A DNA stretch of 63,697 bases from Rhynchobatus australiae (GCA_034780895.1 JAUZTB010000057.1:22382419-22446115); one strand, 5' to 3'. Shown: positions 50,480 through 63,029, counted from the first letter of the stretch. A program made the numbers and translations. Notes: a model not told the origin generated them from the letters alone.

Positions 50480-51650
50480 AATATCAGAATCATACAGCGC
50501 AGAATCAGACCCTTCAGCCCTCAACATCCATGCCAGCCATCAATTAGCCATCTACACTCATCCCATTTACCAGCATTTAGCTGATAACCTTCCATGCCTT
50601 GGTGATTCGTCTAGATACTGTTTGCATGCTGCTTCGAGCACCCACTCTGGCAGTGCATTCCAGATTCCAAACACTCTCTGGTTGAAGAGATTCTTCCTCA
50701 GATTTCTTCTAAACCTCTTCCTCCTTTTCTTAAAACTATGTCCATTAGTTTTTGACACCTCCATTATGAACCATCTCCACTGCTATCTATACTTTCTATG
50801 CCCTTCGTAATTTTGTATACCTCAATCAGGCACCTCCTCAGTCTCCTCCATTACAATGCCGTGCTCCTTAGTGAATACAGATGAGAATTGTTCATTTAAG
50901 ACCCATGTCCTCTGGTTCCACATGCAGATTGCCATGTTGGTCCCTAATGGACTCAACTCTCTCTCTCTAGTTACCTTCTTGCTCTTAAAATACTTGTAAA
51001 AAGCTTTGGGATTTTCCTTCATCCTGCCCAGTGATATTTCATACCCCCTTTGCCTTCCTGATCTTTTTAAGTACCCCCTGTACACTTCCCATACTCTATA
51101 TTTGCCATAAGCTTCTTTTCTTTTCCTTTTATCCAGCATTCAATACCCCTTGATATCCATGATTCCAAGGACTTGCTAAAATTTTTTTTACAGGAAATGC
51201 ATTGTCCCTGAATTTAAATCTTCCCACTTGTCAGCTATAGACCTACAGGCAAATAGCTGCTCACAGTCTACTTTTACCACATCCTGCCTTATGATATTGA
51301 AATTGTATTTTCCCCCAGTCGACGATCTTAAATTCTGGACAATCTTTATCCTTTTCCATAACTACCTTGAAACTTAGAGTTATGGTCACTATCTCCAAAA
51401 TGCTCTCCTACTGACACCCCAATTACTTGCCTAGTTACATTCCTTAAGATTTGAACTAGTATTGCCACTTCTCCAGTTGGTCTATTTATGTACTAGCTGA
51501 GAAAGATGTCCCAGACACATTTCAAAAAAATTCCACCCCCTGTGATCCTTCCACATTAAAGTGACTTGTTAATATTGGGGAAGTTGAAATCCCCTACTAC
51601 TGCGACCCGATTACTGCTATAATATATCCGTATGTCTTCATGCATTCCTC
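50480..51650 (-). mobile_element. CR1 LINE, internally deleted and decayed
   Basis: ORFs show T.GHSFK...F..NLRKNLFNQRV..IWNALPE and KENPKAFYKY.KSK...RE; 3' tail at 50485-50530. Confidence 0.85.
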
Positions 51651-51834
51651 CTAATTGTGGTCAATGATTTGGGAGGAAAAGAGAGTGAACGAAGGGTGCT
51701 CCTGCTAGTTAATGCCTCTCATTGTGCATGTTCCTGTATTTGCATAAAAAATAGATTCAAATAAAAATTGAGATTCTTCCTATTTGCTCAATTTCTATGA
51801 GAAACATTGACATTTGATGAGAATTCATACCCAT

Positions 51835-52797
51835 ACTCATAATACCTCAGTACTAATCACCAAGCTTAAAAACCACGGCCTCTGTAGCTCCCTCTGCACT
51901 GGATCCTTGACTTTCTTGTCAGGAGACCACAGTCAGTGTGGATCAGTGGTAACATCTCCTCCTCACTGACAATCAACACAGGTTCACCTCAAGGATGTGT
52001 ACTTAGCCCACTCCTCTACTTTCGCTACACTCATAACTGTGCGGCTAAGCACAGCTCAAATACCATCTACAAATTCGCCAATGACACCACTGTTGTCAGT
52101 AGAATCTCAGATGATCACGAGGCGGTGTACAGGAGTGAGACAGATCGGCTGGTTAAGTGGTGTCACAACAACAACCTTGCACTCCACGTCAACAAGACCA
52201 AGGAATTGATTCTGGACTTCAGGAAGGGGAAGTCAGGAGACACACACCAGTCCTCATTGAGGGGTCAGTGATAGAAAAGGTGAGCAGCTTCAAGTTCCTG
52301 GGTGTCAACATCTCGGATGATCTATCCTGGGCCCAACACATTGATGCAATCATGAAGGCATGCCACCAACTCAACTTCGTTAGGAGGTTAAGAAGATTTG
52401 GGAGGTCACCAAAGACTCTTTACAAATTTCTATAGATGTACAGTGCAGAACATTCTAACTGGTTGCATCACAGCCTGGTATGGAGGCTCCAATGCACAGG
52501 ATCACAAGAGGCTGCAAAGTTGTAGACTCAGTCAGCTCCATCATGGGCACAACCCTCCCCACCATCGAGAACATCCTCAAGAGGTGGTGTCTCAAGATGG
52601 GAGCACCTCCAGAAGGTGGCATCCATCACTAAGGACACTCACTGTCGGGACATGCCCTCTTCTCATTACTACCAGAGGGGAGGAGGTACATGAGCCCGAA
52701 CTTCTCATAATATTTAGTAATCTTGTCTTTGCGTTGTACTGCTGCCGCAAAACAACAAATTTCACATCATGTAAATGATAATAAATCTGATTCTTAT
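51835..52797 (+). mobile_element. Rex1/Babar-clade LINE, 5'-truncated
   Basis: [27 protein letters not shown]...[11 protein letters not shown]...[19 protein letters not shown]; tail AATAAATCTGATTCT. Confidence 0.9.
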
Positions 52798-53504
52798 TTC
52801 CCTCTAAAAGGACTACTAATAGGAAAATGGGCTGTTTGAACAGAGTGGTTCTCTGATTTAACTTGTTCAGTGACTCTGCTCTCTGTCTATGCTGGTTTAT
52901 TGCTGAGAAGGAGATTAACGATAGGCCAAATTGCTATTAGCCCATCACTTCTCCACTTCATGGTTCATATTTAATGTGAACGTTGCCAGTTCCATTTCCC
53001 AAGTGCTGAAAGTTTAGCCAGTTGTAGTTAACACATTGCACAAGCAGAAACACATCTCACATTGAAGTGTGCAGGTTGGTGTCGGGACTATAGATGCTGA
53101 AACATAAAGAAATGTCACACTGAAAAATGTGTGCAGATTAATCAGCAATGAACTTCTAGGACCTGGAAGTGTACCTTTCCTACTTCCTTCTTCCACTTGG
53201 TCAGGAACACATTCACAGAAACCCAGTAAAAGTGCAGGTGTGAACTGCATTTGAGATTATGGTTTAGTGAAATCTGAAAACTCTTGGTGCAATAAAGAAG
53301 GAACTACTCTCATTAAGCAATACTGCAAAACATTTCAATGTCTGTAATATTGCATTAGAACATCATTTAATTGCTCATGTATTCAGTAGAAAAAGCAAAG
53401 AGAAGTTAATAATAAACAAAATTGCACAGATATTATTTACAAATGTTGGAAATGAGTACAGAGACAGAGGAAAGATTAAGGGGGTGGCAATGGGGAAATG
53501 GAGC

Positions 53505-54100
53505 ACTAAACGTTGAGCTTTGTTTGAGGGGATTTTAAAGGACAAAGAGAGCTGGAGAAGTATAAGGAGACAGAGAATGGAGTTTCAGCAGCTAAAAGCA
53601 GAGCTGTAAGGTGGGACCAAAGGGATGATGCACAGGATGTCAAAACCCAGGAAAACAGCAGGTTGACATGTTCAAGGGGAAACTGGGAGGGAATGAACAA
53701 AACCGAGATTGTAAGTTTTTAATTTGAGGCACTTTAGCCAGGAAACTAATGTGAGGACAGTGTGTGGGTATGTGAGACCACCAACAGCTGAGTACAGGCA
53801 GCAGAACTGTGGACAGACCAAGATTAATGGAAATTCAAAGATGAAAGATTGGCTCAAGAAATATTAGGAATATTAAAGTCTTCAACTGCAGATTAGTTTA
53901 AGAGCTGGGTGAAGATCACTGGTGCAGCTGAGATTGAAGACAGTCCTTGTGATGGCGAGGATTTACAGGTGACAATAATTAGTGTATCAAGGAAGCAAAC
54001 AGTCTGACCCAGCCGAGCCTAAAGCAGTAGAGGGATGAGGAGTATGCAGGGCTGTGAAGTGGCAAGGGTTGGTGACAATCAACCTTCCCAATAATTTACT
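53505..54100 (-). mobile_element. Decayed L2/CR1-group LINE fragment
   Basis: Purine-rich antisense tract with TTTAAAGGA.AAAGAGAG, TTTTTAATTTGAGGC and GGCAGCAGAACTGTGGA, similar to 17170-17350. Confidence 0.4.
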
Positions 54101-54674
54101 TATTCAACTCCTTGTTGTGATGTAGAAGCAAAAATGCATGCTGCTGAAGAAATAAACACAACAGGATGTTCATTTAAAGACAGAAGTGCTTCTTCAATGT
54201 AGTTTTGAACCAACCCCATGCAAATAGTGTCTCTTGCTTTTTATGACTGATGGTGAAGTTAAGCCCTCATCAACAGAGTACAGCAGGTTGAAGCAGAGAG
54301 TGGATGAATCCTCCCACAGCATTCCACTACCCCCATTCTCAGCTGTGCAGCTCCAAAGGGAACAAATCTTTGAGAAAGCCCTTGTTGGGTCACGAATACA
54401 TATCCATCAAAAAGGGAGGAATGCCACAGATCGGGCTCACAGGAGGTCAGATAGCTCATTAAAAAAAGCAAGTCCAAGAGCACAAACCTGTCTCATTTCT
54501 GTTTAATTATTTTAGCTATGAAGAAAAGCTCGAGAAGGCTGCGGTTTGTTTCTATGGGACAGAGGAGGTTGAAGGGAACTTTAACTGTGGTGCATAATAT
54601 TATATAGTCTTGGACAAAATAGGGAAGATCAATTTCCCTCAACTTTGGGGTCAATAAGCAGTGAACGTGATTAT

Positions 54675-54925
54675 TGAGTCATAGAGAGATGCAGCATGGA
54701 AACAGGGCCTTCTACCTACTGTGTCCACGCCAAACATCAACCACCCACTTACACTAATCCTACAGTAATCCCATTTTTATTCTCCCGACATCCTCATCAA
54801 TTATATTGACGAATTAACCTTCCAACCCAAGTCTTTTGGAATGTGGAAGGAAAGCAGAGCACCCAGGGGAAAGCCTCACTGTTACAGACAACATCCGAGG
54901 TCAGAATTGAACCCGGGTCTCTGGA
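54675..54925 (-). mobile_element. HE1-like V-SINE (long subfamily, internally deleted)
   Basis: GAGTCATAGAGAGATGCAGCATGGAAACAGG tail through CCGAGGTCAGAATTGAACCCGGGTCTCTGG head. Confidence 0.85.
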
Positions 54926-55036
54926 AGAGATTTTTCCTCACCCGGAGTATGATGGTGCTCTGGAACTCACTGCCTTAAAATGCATGGCAAAGGCACCTAT
55001 ATTCAGCATTTAAAAGACACTTGGATGCGCACTCAA

Positions 55037-55385
55037 AGGCACGGTGGCACACTAGTAGAGCCATTGCCAAACAGTGCCAGAGACCCAGGTTCAATCCCGA
55101 CCTCAGGTGTTGATTGTGTGGAGTTTGCAGGTTCTCTGTGACCGCAGGTGCTCCAGTTTTTTTCCTACATCCCAAACGCCTGTAGAGCAGCAAGTTGATT
55201 GGCTACTGTAAATTGCCCCTAGTGTATAGGTGCATGGTAGAATCTGGGGGGGGGAGGAGTTGCTCAGAATGTGGGGAGAATGGGATTGGTGTAGGAGTGG
55301 TGTACATGAGTGGTTGAAGGTGGGCATGAATTCAATGGGCAGAAGGGCCTGTTTCCATGCTGCATCTGTCTCTCTGACTCTACAA
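55037..55385 (+). mobile_element. HE1-like V-SINE (long subfamily), near full length
   Basis: GGCACGGTGGCAC head, B-box GGTTCAATCCC, TGTAAATTGCCCCTAGTGT body, tail GAAGGGCCTGTTTCCATGCTG...CTCTGACTCTA. Confidence 0.9.
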
Positions 55386-55789
55386 CTCAAAGTATGGTAA
55401 CCGACACGACTATGGAACAAACCCTGGAAAACTGGATAGCTCTTTTTTTTAACCTTGACGTGGACAAGACAGTCAAATGGCTACTTTCAGTGCTGCAAAC
55501 CTCCAGGACATGACAAAATACAAAGCTGTCCTGCACACTGAATCCAGATCAGCTGCAGGAAGACACCACAGGGACATCCATCTGGCAACACACAGTATCC
55601 AATTACAAACTGCAAGCAGTCAGGAACATGAAGCCTGTACCTCCTGTTCGGAGTGGAGGGTGCCATGGGGTTTTATATATTAATACATCATTCGGAAACA
55701 TGTACTTTTGTTTGCATGATCTTAGAACTAAAAAAGTGATGCAGCATCTGAAGCAGGAAATTAAATTAAGGTTTCAAACACGGCTGGTC

Positions 55790-56255
55790 ATCTCGACAAA
55801 AATGATGAGATACTCTCCATCTGCTTGGAAAAGAGCAATCCAACAGTCTTCAAACACTCGTCATCATCCATGATAATGCAAGTCCAATTGACTGGCATCC
55901 AGCCCTCCACAGTCAGCATACTGCAGCTACAGTGTTTATCACCTAAAAGGGACACTGTCACCAACAGCACCTCCCAAACCCACAATCTCCACCACCAAGA
56001 AGGACTAGGGCAAGAGATGCACAGCTACTTCTGTGCAACCCCCCCCCCCCCCAAGAAAGACATCATCCTGACCTGGAAACATATCATCACATCTTCATTA
56101 TTGTTGGGTCTTAATCCTTTAGCTTCTGATCCTCAGAGTCCTGTGGGATCTTCAGCACAAGGTCCACAGCCATTCCAAAAGCTATCTCAGTAGCACCTGC
56201 TCTGGAGCAATAGTGTTGGGGTAAATACTGGTCTTCACACTGACATCCAAACCCT
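55790..56255 (+). mobile_element. CR1-like LINE 3' end (second family), decayed
   Basis: AACAGCACCTCCCAAACCCAC...AGAAGGACTAGGGCA...ATCCTGACCTGGAAACATATC; reverse complement of 39315-39580. Confidence 0.6.
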
Positions 56256-56889
56256 CCTTTGTTATTAAGAAGTTTGCCAAAGCAACATAATAAGGACCAG
56301 AAATGACTTCAAAAGAGTTGGACCCCTATCTGGCTGGTCAGTGATCATCTCATTTGCAGGTAGGCACTGAACCAGGATCTAGGAATCAAAGACTCACAAC
56401 AGCACGTAGTGAGCAGGGTTGGGGTGGATATTCAGTCCTATGAGCAGATGCTGACTCTTGCAGGAGTGNNNNNNNNNNNNNNNNNNNNNNNNNNNNNNNN
56501 NNNNNNNNNNNNNNNNNNNNNNNNNNNNNNNNNNNNNNNNNNNNNNNNNNNNNNNNNNNNNNNNNNNNNNNNNNTTAGAGCATGAAAATACTTTTCCTCC
56601 TGGCAGTGCTGTTCCTTTGGCTAAGCATTTTAACTCCACGTCCACTGAACTTCCACCTTTCTGCATTAGGAACCCTTTCTTCTTCAATCCCTTTATGATT
56701 TTCCACTGCTCTGTCGATTCAGGAGAGGCTGGACGGGAACTCTGGAACTTTTCTTTCTCCAAATTGATCTGGTGTTTTGGCATTTTTTAATCTCAGCTAG
56801 CAGATCAGCTCATACTATGTGGGTGGAAGGTGTTATAACCTGATATACAAGGTTACAACCTTTGTGTAGGCTACAGGAAATAAACCAGG

Positions 56890-57172
56890 GGTTTATTTAA
56901 GGGGAGAGAGGGTAAAGTTCAAAGGAGATGTGCAGGGCAAGTGTTTTTTTTACATAGCGAGCAGTGGGTGCCTGGAAGACCAGGGGTGGTAGTGGAGGTA
57001 AATACGATAGAGGCATTTTAAAGGCCCTTAGATAGGCATATGAATGTGCAGAGAGTAGAGTGATTGACATTGTGTAGGCAGAAGGAATTAGTTTAGTTAG
57101 GCATTTAATTAGTAGTTTAGTTAATCCAGCAGAACTTCATGGGCCGAAGGGTCTGTTCCTGTTCTATGTTCC
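56890..57172 (+). mobile_element. CR1 3' end, same subfamily as 63035-63495
   Basis: Shared diagnostic TGTGTAGGCAGAAGG...GTTTAGTTAGGCATTTAATTA and tail GGGCCGAAGGG.CTGTTCC. Confidence 0.85.
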
Positions 57173-59074
57173 AATACAATTGATGTTTTCAGCCTGACAG
57201 GGTATCAACATGGTCACCCAGATTATTTAATTGTTGAAATAGCACATTTGGACTCACTGAACTTTGAGGAAGTTAAACAGAAGTGGATTTACATATGATG
57301 ATAGATGTCTTGATGTATTTCTATGATTGGACACAATTTGGCAAGGGGGCTTTGTCCAATTTCAAAAACGCCACATTTCCAGAAGAGTTCAGTCTAGTTG
57401 ATATCTGAATCTACAGTTGCTCTACTATCGGTACAAGGCAGACATTTTCTACAACTCCAGCTAAGGCGCTCATAATTATTTTAAGACAATTGATTCTGAT
57501 CAGTGGCTGAGGAAATGGAAGGAAAACCATTCAGGAGTACTAGAAAATAAAGCTAGACTCATCTGGGGTCAGGATCAGTATCCTGGGGCCAAGGTGAAAN
57601 NNNNNNNNNNNNNNNNNNNNNNNNNNNNNNNNNNNNNNNNNNNNNNNNNNNNNNNNNNNNNNNNNNNNNNNNNNNNNNNNNNNNNNNNNNNNNNNNNNNN
57701 NNNNNNNNNNNNNNNNNNNNNNNNNNNNNNNNNNNNNNNNNNNNNNNNNNNNNNNNNNNNNNNNNNNNNNNNNNNNNNNNNNNNNNNNNNNNNNNNNNNN
57801 NNNNNNNNNNNNNNNNNNNNNNNNNNNNNNNNNNNNNNNNNNNNNNNNNNNNNNNNNNNNNNNNNNNNNNNNNNNNNNNNNNNNNNNNNNNNNNNNNNNN
57901 NNNNNNNNNNNNNNNNNNNNNNNNNNNNNNNNNNNNNNNNNNNNNNNNNNNNNNNNNNNNNNNNNNNNNNNNNNNNNNNNNNNNNNNNNNNNNNNNNNNN
58001 NNNNNNNNNNNNNNNNNNNNNNNNNNNNNNNNNNNNNNNNNNNNNNNNNNNNNNNNNNNNNNNNNNNNNNNNNNNNNNNNNNNNNNNNNNNNNNNNNNNN
58101 NNNNNNNNNNNNNNNNNNNNNNNNNNNNNNNNAATAAGTAATTACAGTGAAGAAAAGACCACAGATGGTTTATAAAGCAATTCCCATGGGAAACTTCAGA
58201 AGATAAAGTCAACTGTATAAACCTGTCTGTGATTTTCACTCAGCTTCATCTCTGATAGGACCAACTCTTTATCAAAACTGAATAAACATAAATAGGCCTT
58301 AACTCCTTGATTCTATAAATGTTGGAACAAGCAGTCCAGCTTTCTGATGGATCCTGCAATTTTCCTTCCAATTTAGCTCTTGGTTATGTTGTTCATTTGA
58401 AATAATGCTGATGTTTCATTTATCCAATTATCAATTCCATTCCATTTATTCCATTCCATCCCTGTTCCATTCATCAATTATAAGAAATCAATCTGCTAAC
58501 AAATTGAAGGGAATGGTGACATGAACAATGCATCGATCTACAGCACACTACAACAAGGTCACTTAGTGGCAGGTTTATATGTGGGCAAGGATAAAAACAT
58601 TGAAAATATGACGTCTAGGCATTTATTCAGGTCTTGTTCTGTTAAAGCTAACCAAATTAGACACTCACATGGTCCATTAGCAGGAAAGAGAACAAAAGCT
58701 GCATGGTCACTGCATTTATAGATAATCTTCACTCAGTCCAAAAGTGTGAATCTAACTTTTGGTCACTTTAATTCTCTGCTCGATGTGAAGGGGAAATGAT
58801 GAGAGAAGAGAATGGGGGACTGGCAGTGCATGCAGAAGTGGAAGGAAAGAACTTGGACATCATTGCCAAAGAATCTAGCAAGTTAAATAAAGGGCACCTG
58901 ATTTGCCCAACCACGCTGCTGTCCATGTGGACATGCCCAAAATTTCCCCCATCGTTATTACAAGATTATACAAAAAGGCAAGAGGTAGAAAGATCAACTG
59001 CACGAGGGTTAAATTCCAATCTCTAACTAGGGCAAGGCTTTTACTAATGTGTAAAATTAGCCCCATGTCATCCT

Positions 59075-59350
59075 TTGGAAACAGGCCCTTCAGCCCACCA
59101 AGTCCGTGCCAACCCATTTATCCAAACCCATTTTATTCTCCCCACATTCCCATCAACCCTTCTACACTCACCTACACACTAGGGGCAATTTACAGTGGCT
59201 AATTAACCCACCAACCCAAATACTTTTGGGACATGGGAGCAAACCAGAGCACCTGGAGGAAACTCGCGCAGTCACAGGGAGAACATGCAAACTCCACACA
59301 GACAGCAAGAAAGCTCAGGATTGAACCTGTGTCACTGAAGCTGTGGAGAT
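59075..59350 (-). mobile_element. HE1-like V-SINE
   Basis: GGAAACAGGCCCTTCAGCCCACC...ACACTAGGGGCAATTTACAG...GGGAGAACATGCAAACTCCACACAGACAGC...GGATTGAACC. Confidence 0.9.
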
Positions 59351-59594
59351 ATGACAAGTTAATATAACAGATGCTTGTCCTCTGGCAATGGATAGGGGCT
59401 TGNNNNNNNNNNNNNNNNNNNNNNNNNNNNNNNNNNNNNNNNNNNNNNNNNNNNNNNNNNNNNNNNNNNNNNNNNNNNNNNNNNNNNNNNNNNNNNNNNN
59501 NNNNNNNNNNNNNNNNNNNNNNNNNNNNNNNNNNNNNNNNNNNNNNNNNNNNNNNNNNNNNNNNNNNNNNNNNNACTCCACAATATGGAGATAT

Positions 59595-59741
59595 CAGAGA
59601 TTCCGCTGATGCTGGAATTTGGAGCAACACAAAACACTGGAGGAACTCAGCAGGAGGACCTGAAATGTTGACTGTTTATTTCCCTCCATAGATGCTGCCT
59701 GACCTGCTGAATTCCTCCAGCATTTTCTGTGTGTTGCTCCA
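59595..59741. mobile_element. Penelope-like terminal repeats joined as a short inverted repeat
   Basis: TGGAGCAACACAAAACACTGGAGGAACTCAGCAGG (59620-59654) pairs with CCTGCTGAATTCCTCCAGCATTTTCTGTGTGTTGCTCCA (59703-59741). The loop keeps only GACCTGAAATGTTGACTG of the hammerhead. Confidence 0.8.
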
Positions 59742-60564
59742 CTCCACAATATGAAGTTCAGGACCTGGAATGTCTGTGCCTTATGGAGAATCCCAACAGG
59801 AAAATGGAGTGGAAGCAAGTGATCCTCAACCTTGAGGGACTACACAAGAATAAGGACTTTAAGAACAAGTAAATAAAAGTGGAAATTGGCAGTTCCAATG
59901 CTGTCGTTTAATGGTGGGAGATAACAGAAAGGCAATGGAATGAATTTGCCCCCCCCACCCCAACCCAAATAAAATGAGCTTCTTCAGAATTTCCTTTAGA
60001 GCCTTCTCCAAAACATCTATTTTGTTCATTGGATGAACGTCACTACAGTTTACAAAGTAACTGACTTACGTGAATAAACAGTTGTCACTTTGAACCTTTT
60101 GGATATGGCAGAGGGGGCAACCTGCTCCGAGGTTTGTACTTATTATGCTTGGTAACTAGATGCTCATGAGCTGTTTACATTGATCAATTCAATGTTCTCC
60201 TCATTTACTGAGAGGAGGCTTCTGCCTAACTCTTGGAGGGATAACTCAGGTCAGGTATAAATAATGCTACAGGTTTGTCAATGTAAGATATTTACNNNNN
60301 NNNNNNNNNNNNNNNNNNNNNNNNNNNNNNNNNNNNNNNNNNNNNNNNNNNNNNNNNNNNNNNNNNNNNNNNNNNNNNNNNNNNNNNNNNNNNNNATAAA
60401 TAATGCTACAGGTTTGTCAATGGTACATTGCCCTGCTGTATACAAATTGAAAAAAACCTCTTCTGGTTTCAATGACATTGGATTTTATTTTCTCCACCAC
60501 AATCATCAAAACATGCACAAGAATCTGCTTTAAGTGAGATTCATTCAAACAGAACAATAAAAAG

Positions 60565-60760
60565 TTAGAATACTGCAGATGCTGCATATACTCAGCAGCA
60601 GGTGCAGTGGGGAGAAAAAAAAATCAAAGTTCTCATTTCAAACTGATAACCTTTCACCAGAACTGGTAAACAGTAGAAGATGCAAAGTGCAGAGAAAGGG
60701 GGAAGGGCAAAAGAACACATCAATTGGAAAGATACATAGGTGTGATGGGAGAGGGTGGTG
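60565..60760 (-). mobile_element. Decayed Penelope-like terminal repeat plus purine-rich tract
   Basis: TACTGCAGATGCTG...ACTCAGCAG; minus-strand core GTT-CTGGTGA-AAGGTTATCAGTTT-GAAA-TGAG-AAC. Confidence 0.55.
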
Positions 60761-62464
60761 AAGACATTTGGTGGTCACTTCCTCTGTCAAATGTTTCAAT
60801 ATCTTGAAGCCTCAGTTCAACCCCGCTGTCAGTGAGAAAGGTGAATTGTTGCCAAGTCTTGCAAGATCACTGCAAGCTAGTTTCAAGGTGCTAGTGTGAG
60901 TCACACACAGCTCAAATGCTCCATTATGATTCAAAACTTCCAAAGGGATGCAGGGTGACAGAATGATTGGGTCAGCCACACTCATGCCACCACATACAAT
61001 TGGTGCAGTCAGCTGTTATATCAAGGCCCAAATTAGCAACTCCTGAACAAAATAAGCCCCCAAATCCACAATCAATGACTCTCAGGAAATTAAATATGAC
61101 TTTCAAAACAAGCTTAAATGTTCTTGTTTTACAATGCCTTAGAATCACTGTGCACACACTCGACACATGCAGAGCACCAGGTACATATGTATAACCACAC
61201 ATGGCACACAGTGCACAGATGTAATCACACATACACAGGGTTCTGTTCCCACTTGTAGCTACACCTACACAGAGAGTTGTGCACACAGATAATCCCACAT
61301 ACACTGAACTCTGCACACACCCACAACTCCACCATTTCATTTTCAGGAGGTTACTGGAAAGTATCAGGAGGTTCTGTCAGTCTCCTACCAGGTGGGCGAG
61401 GCTCAGCTGGCCACCCATGGTTCAAATCCAGTTGAAGTACATGAATCAGACCTCCTCTAGAGCTGGGTACAATTGTGTGTACCTGTGAGTGTTCACATCC
61501 TGAGTGTTAACAAGGAGGAGGAAGAAAGGCCCTTATGCTCTGAACACAAATAACCAAAGAAATCTCCAATAAGGGCAATTATTCCCTGAAGAAGCTAATT
61601 TTCTAGAGCAAGTGTGATTGATATAATGGGTTCACATACCAAGATAATGTTGAGATACTGGCATGTCCCAGTATAGCACAGGCAGCTAAGATAAAATAAG
61701 AGTAGTGCACTTTCAGCATCCAAATGGGGCAGAGCTTACATACGAAATTCGTTCTCCTTGACACTTCTGTGTTATTCTCTTTTACTGATGTCAGTTGTCT
61801 GCATTCTGTTTTTCATGCAGGAGGAGCAGATATGCACAAACCAATATGTTTTGGTAATGCTCAATGCATTGAGAACAGATCCTGGGAAAGATGTTGCATT
61901 GTTTGTGAAACTAGTTGGAATGACTCCAGGTATGTTTTACGGAACAAGCTGGATCAAAGACACAGAAGTAAGTGCATGGAAGGGAAGAGAAAAAAATCAT
62001 TCTATTTTTTAAACGGTGGCAGGAATAAAAATGAAAGCTGTCCCAGAAAGGCCTTGTTTCTCTGAAGGGGAACAGAAGGTCTATGGGTCACGTTCTGGGA
62101 TCTGCTGCCCATTACTCTCACAAGATGCTGATCATTTTTCTTACAACCATCAGCATGAACAGGCTTTTCTGATCAAAAGATGGCATAATGAGCAAAGACA
62201 CCCACCAGTGCAGCAGGCCCTTCACTGTAACAGTGACCACTTGTGGAGCTCAGCATCCAACACTATCTTCTGTCCCCTCCACCCACCACATTGATCCCAA
62301 GAGTATCAACCTGAGACAGGGAGCTGGAACAGCAGGGATATCCACAGGTAACTGTTAGGAAGTTAGTGGGCAGATGCTGTGTGTTGGGAAAGAGATACCA
62401 CTGCTGCAAAGCTCCAGCTCAGTAATATTCACCAGGCAAGCTGCAGGATATCAACCAGGCTTCC

Positions 62465-62750
62465 TGTTAGGAGGTAACTGGGCAGTCATTTAAAACTAAG
62501 GTGCATAGGAATTTTTTCCTCACAATGGGTGAGCCTCTGGATTCATTACCTCAGCAAGTTGTGGGGGCTGGAATACTGGAGGTATTTAAAGAGGCAGTAG
62601 ATAAATCTTTGAAAGATCAGGGAACTGAGTACTGTGGAGAAGTGGCACAGAAGAGGAGACCTGAGACACATCAGCCACATTTGTATTGAGAGGCAGGGCA
62701 GGCTCAAGAAGCCAACTTGCCAGTGGCTTACTCCTGCTCCTATTTTCTTG
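62465..62750 (+). mobile_element. CR1 3' end
   Basis: RNFFLT....W..LPQQVV.A..LEVFK..VD; tail TGGCTTACTCCTGCTCCTATTTTCTT. Confidence 0.75.
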
Positions 62751-63029
62751 TGATCTGATGCAGAGGGTGGGAGACTGAACTGAGCTGGCATCAATAAGGC
62801 AGCCTGCCGGTCTAGTCCACAGAGGGTGGTGGTCTTGGGATGGCAGCAAACCCAGATTACTTTATATTTGCTCTGTAGGTTCACAAAAAATGACTGGACA
62901 CTTACAGTCAGAGGTCAGTACTGTCTGTCACCCATGAACCTGACTAAAACCTGCAAAGTGTGCAGGGTCTGACCAATTCCAAGCCCAAATGGTAAGACAG
63001 CTCTTAATAAAAAAGGCAAAACATTGTAG

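Noticed and set aside
58430-58472. (ATTCC)n-like pentamer run; also GATCAA/GATCAT hexamers at ~20236-20260 and a CA-rich tract at ~61140-61330
   Set aside because: Short, degenerate low-complexity sequence with no further structure.
32624-59691. Long ORFs consisting mainly of X
   Set aside because: Artefacts of N gaps. The remaining short ORFs in the track are TE-derived or of chance length.
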